Under the pieces are notes generated by a model. The model worked only from the letters and a program-made list of their open reading frames with translations, did no database searches and had not been told where the DNA came from. From Acidobacteriota bacterium (GTDB lineage: Bacteria > Acidobacteriota > Vicinamibacteria > Vicinamibacterales > UBA2999), in contig JADZBZ010000167.1 of NCBI GenBank assembly GCA_020851835.1, positions 13,128 through 77,127 on the forward strand: a stretch of 64,000 bases of DNA, given 5' to 3'. Below, piece after piece: positions 61,759 to 64,000 of this stretch. The position numbers and the translations under genes are program-made. How positions within the stretch are numbered: position 1 is the first letter of the stretch; every line of letters starts with the position of its first letter.

Positions 61759-64000
61759 GTGCTCGCTCGGGTCATCGACTGGTGCGCGCGCAACCGCTTC
61801 CTGTTGTTCACCTTTACGCTGCTGCTGGTCCTGGCCGGCATCTATTCGCTCCGGCGAGTCCCGCTCGATGCGCTCCCCGACATCTCCGACGTCGAGGTCA
61901 TCATCCATACGCCCTGGGCCGGCGAGCCGCCCGACGTCATCGAGGACCAGGTGACGTACCCGATCGTGACGACCCTGCTCGCGGCGCCGCACGTCAAGGC
62001 GGTGCGTGCCCAGACGATGTTCGGCGACTCGTTCGTGTTCGTGATCTTTCAGGACGGGACCGATCTGTACTGGGCGCGCTCGCGGGCGCTCGAGTACATG
62101 CAGCAGATGGAAGGCCGGTTGCCGTCCGGCGTGCACCCGGTGATCGGTCCCGACGCGACCGGCGCGGGCTGGGTCTATGAGTACCTCGTGGTGGACCGCA
62201 GCCACACCCACAGCCTCGCCGACCTACGCAGTCTGCAGGACTGGTTCCTGCGATACCAGTTGGCGACCGTACCCGGCGTCGCCGAGATCGCCACCATCGG
62301 CGGCATGGTACGGCAGTACCAAGTGAATCTTGACCCCGACAAGCTGCGGGCGTACGGCATTCCACTGTCAACGGTCATCGCACGCGTGCGGGACAGCACG
62401 AACGAAGTCGGCGGCCGTCTTCTGGAGCTGGGCGGCGCGGAATACATGGTGCGCGGACTCGGCTATCTGAAGTCGTTGAACGACCTCGAAGACGTGCCGC
62501 TCGCGACGACCAGGACCGGCGTGCCGGTGCTGGTGAGGGATGTCGGCGACGTGTCGTTCGGGCCGGACATCCGCCGCGGCGTCGCGGAGTGGAACGGCGA
62601 CGGGGAGGCCGTCGGCGGCATCGTCGTGATGCGGTACGGCATGAACGCACTGGACGTGATCAACGGGATCAAGCAGAAGCTCACGGAGATCCGGCCGTCG
62701 CTGCCGCCGGGCGTGGAGGTCGTCGCCGGCTACGATCGGTCCGGGCTCATCCGCGACTCGATCGGCACGTTACAGCGCGATCTTCTCGAAGAAGCGGCGA
62801 TTGTCAGCCTCGTCATCATCATCTTTCTGTTCCATGTCCGGTCGGCGCTCATCCCGATCCTGACGCTGCCGATTGCGGTGCTGGCGTCGTTCATCCCGAT
62901 GTACGACCTCGGCGTCAGCTCCAACATCATGTCGCTCGGCGGCCTGGCCCTTGCCATCGGTGTGTTGGTCGACGCGGGCATCGTGATGGTGGAGAACGGC
63001 TACCGGCATCTCTCGGAGCGCCAGGCGATCGCCCCCGTCACGGAGTCCGAGCGCCACCACATCCTCATCGACGCCGCGAAGCAGGTCGGACCGGCCCTGT
63101 TCTTCTCGCTCGTGATCATCGTCGTGTCCTTTCTACCGGTGTTCTTGCTTGAAGCGCAGGAAGGACGGATGTTCAAGCCGCTGGCTTGGACCAAGACCCT
63201 AGCGGTCAGCTTCTCGTCGCTGCTGTCGATCACGCTCGTGCCCGTGTTGATGCTGATCTTCATCCGCGGACGGCTGAAGCCGGAGTCCCGGAACCCGGTG
63301 TCGCGATTCACACAGTGGCTCTATCTACCGATCCTGCGGCTCTGCCTGAGACACCGGCTGATCACGGTCGCGCTCAGCCTCGTCGTCCTGATCGGCACAA
63401 TTCCGTTGGCGGGACGTATCGGCAGTCAGTTCATGCCGCCGCTCTTCGAGGGCTCCTCGCTGTACATGCCCACCGCGCTGCCGGGCATCTCGATCACCCA
63501 GGCGTCGGGCCTGCTCCAGGCGCAGGACCGCATCATTCGGACGTTTCCGGAAGTCGCGAGCGTCTTCGGCAGCATCGGACGCTCAGATAGTGCGACGGAC
63601 AACGCCCCGCTGTCGATGTACGACACGACCGTCATGCTCAAACCGCGCGACGAGTGGCGGCCGGGAATGACCTACGAGACGCTCGTGGCCGAGATGGACG
63701 CCAAGCTCCAGATCCCCGGCTTGACGAACACCTGGACGATGCCCGTCCAGAACCGGCTGGACATGGAGTTGACCGGTATCAAGACGCCGGTGGGCCTGAA
63801 GGTCCAGGGGCCGACCGTTGCCGGCATCCAGCAGGTCGGCGCGCACGTGCAGCAGATCCTCTCGACGCTGCCGGACGTCCGGTCGATATTCGCCGAGCGG
63901 GTGGCCGAGGGCTTCTATGTCAACGTCGAGGTGCATCGGCCCGAGGCGGCGCGCTACGGCCTGACAGTGGCAGACGTGCAGCGCGCGGTGACCTCGGGCA
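61759..64000 (+). CDS. cusA: CusA-type heavy-metal efflux RND pump (5' ~747 codons; runs off the window end)
   Basis: GTG start. Collinear with E. coli CusA from memory (DALPDISDV, GPDATGAGWVYEY, LADLRSLQDWFL). The three Met of the CusA Cu(I)/Ag(I) triad contexts are visible (SLYMPT, APLSMYDTT, RLDMELTG). Absent from the ORF track because there is no stop in the window. Confidence 0.9.
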   Translation, partial: MLARVIDWCARNRFLLFTFTLLLVLAGIYSLRRVPLDALPDISDVEVIIHTPWAGEPPDVIEDQVTYPIVTTLLAAPHVKAVRAQTMFGDSFVFVIFQDGTDLYWARSRALEYMQQMEGRLPSGVHPVIGPDATGAGWVYEYLVVDRSHTHSLADLRSLQDWFLRYQLATVPGVAEIATIGGMVRQYQVNLDPDKLRAYGIPLSTVIARVRDSTNEVGGRLLELGGAEYMVRGLGYLKSLNDLEDVPLATTRTGVPVLVRDVGDVSFGPDIRRGVAEWNGDGEAVGGIVVMRYGMNALDVINGIKQKLTEIRPSLPPGVEVVAGYDRSGLIRDSIGTLQRDLLEEAAIVSLVIIIFLFHVRSALIPILTLPIAVLASFIPMYDLGVSSNIMSLGGLALAIGVLVDAGIVMVENGYRHLSERQAIAPVTESERHHILIDAAKQVGPALFFSLVIIVVSFLPVFLLEAQEGRMFKPLAWTKTLAVSFSSLLSITLVPVLMLIFIRGRLKPESRNPVSRFTQWLYLPILRLCLRHRLITVALSLVVLIGTIPLAGRIGSQFMPPLFEGSSLYMPTALPGISITQASGLLQAQDRIIRTFPEVASVFGSIGRSDSATDNAPLSMYDTTVMLKPRDEWRPGMTYETLVAEMDAKLQIPGLTNTWTMPVQNRLDMELTGIKTPVGLKVQGPTVAGIQQVGAHVQQILSTLPDVRSIFAERVAEGFYVNVEVHRPEAARYGLTVADVQRAVTSG

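Overview
GC-rich (roughly two-thirds G+C by eye), densely coding bacterial chromosomal window with about 65 CDS. I found no rRNA, tRNA, CRISPR array, transposase or integrase. Taxon cannot be established from the window; the gene families look like a soil Acidobacteriota/Gemmatimonadota-type organism, which is inference only.

Layout:
- 1-1200: remnant of a type IV secretion/conjugation locus (truncated VirB8/TrbF-like gene) abutting an orphan Hg-type merR.
- 1.4-14.9 kb: NmrA-like, DUF255 thioredoxin-domain protein, nucleotidyltransferase plus small ZAS protein, DUF3179, fatty-acid hydroxylase plus GT2, two secreted unknowns, GH63 and glycogen-debranching-type hydrolases.
- 15.1-17.8 kb: merTPFA.
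- 18.1-27.1 kb: tightly coupled pentose-phosphate operon tkt-rpiB-tal/pgi-fbp-gnd-zwf.
- 27.3-36.5 kb: accessory block (DUF302, NAD(P)HX epimerase, GH15, haloalkane dehalogenase, disulfide reductase, ECF sigma/ZAS anti-sigma pair 1, OMP, AhpD-like).
- 36.6-39.1 kb: fbp2-pgl-ROK glucokinase.
- 39.3-44.8 kb: arsM-arsS-PiT-DedA-TIGR04282-TIGR04283 arsenosugar-type cassette.
- 45.6-47.9 kb: Trx-CcdA-TIGR03169 oxidoreductase.
- 47.9-54.1 kb (minus strand): uncharacterised membrane-DUF547-YtxJ-hydrolase-MerA-like-Prx-like-radical SAM string.
- 54.2-56.6 kb (minus strand): bufferin-type RiPP cluster (DUF2282 precursor, DUF692, DUF2063, DoxX).
- 56.9-64.0 kb: Trx-ECF sigma 2-ZAS anti-sigma 2-Cys-rich protein-CusCBA.

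Main discovery by direct reading: a bipartite promoter-like motif GTAA(T/G/C)N-N16-CAC(T/A)CA(C/T) occurs nine times. Every copy is intergenic and oriented toward the downstream gene. The copies sit in front of both ECF sigma genes and of the mer, ars, bufferin, Trx/CcdA, dehalogenase, NmrA and radical-SAM operons. This suggests one ZAS/ECF-controlled thiol-reactive metal(loid) stress regulon that links known and unknown systems. A related variant, GTAACG-N16-GACT, precedes several other operons.
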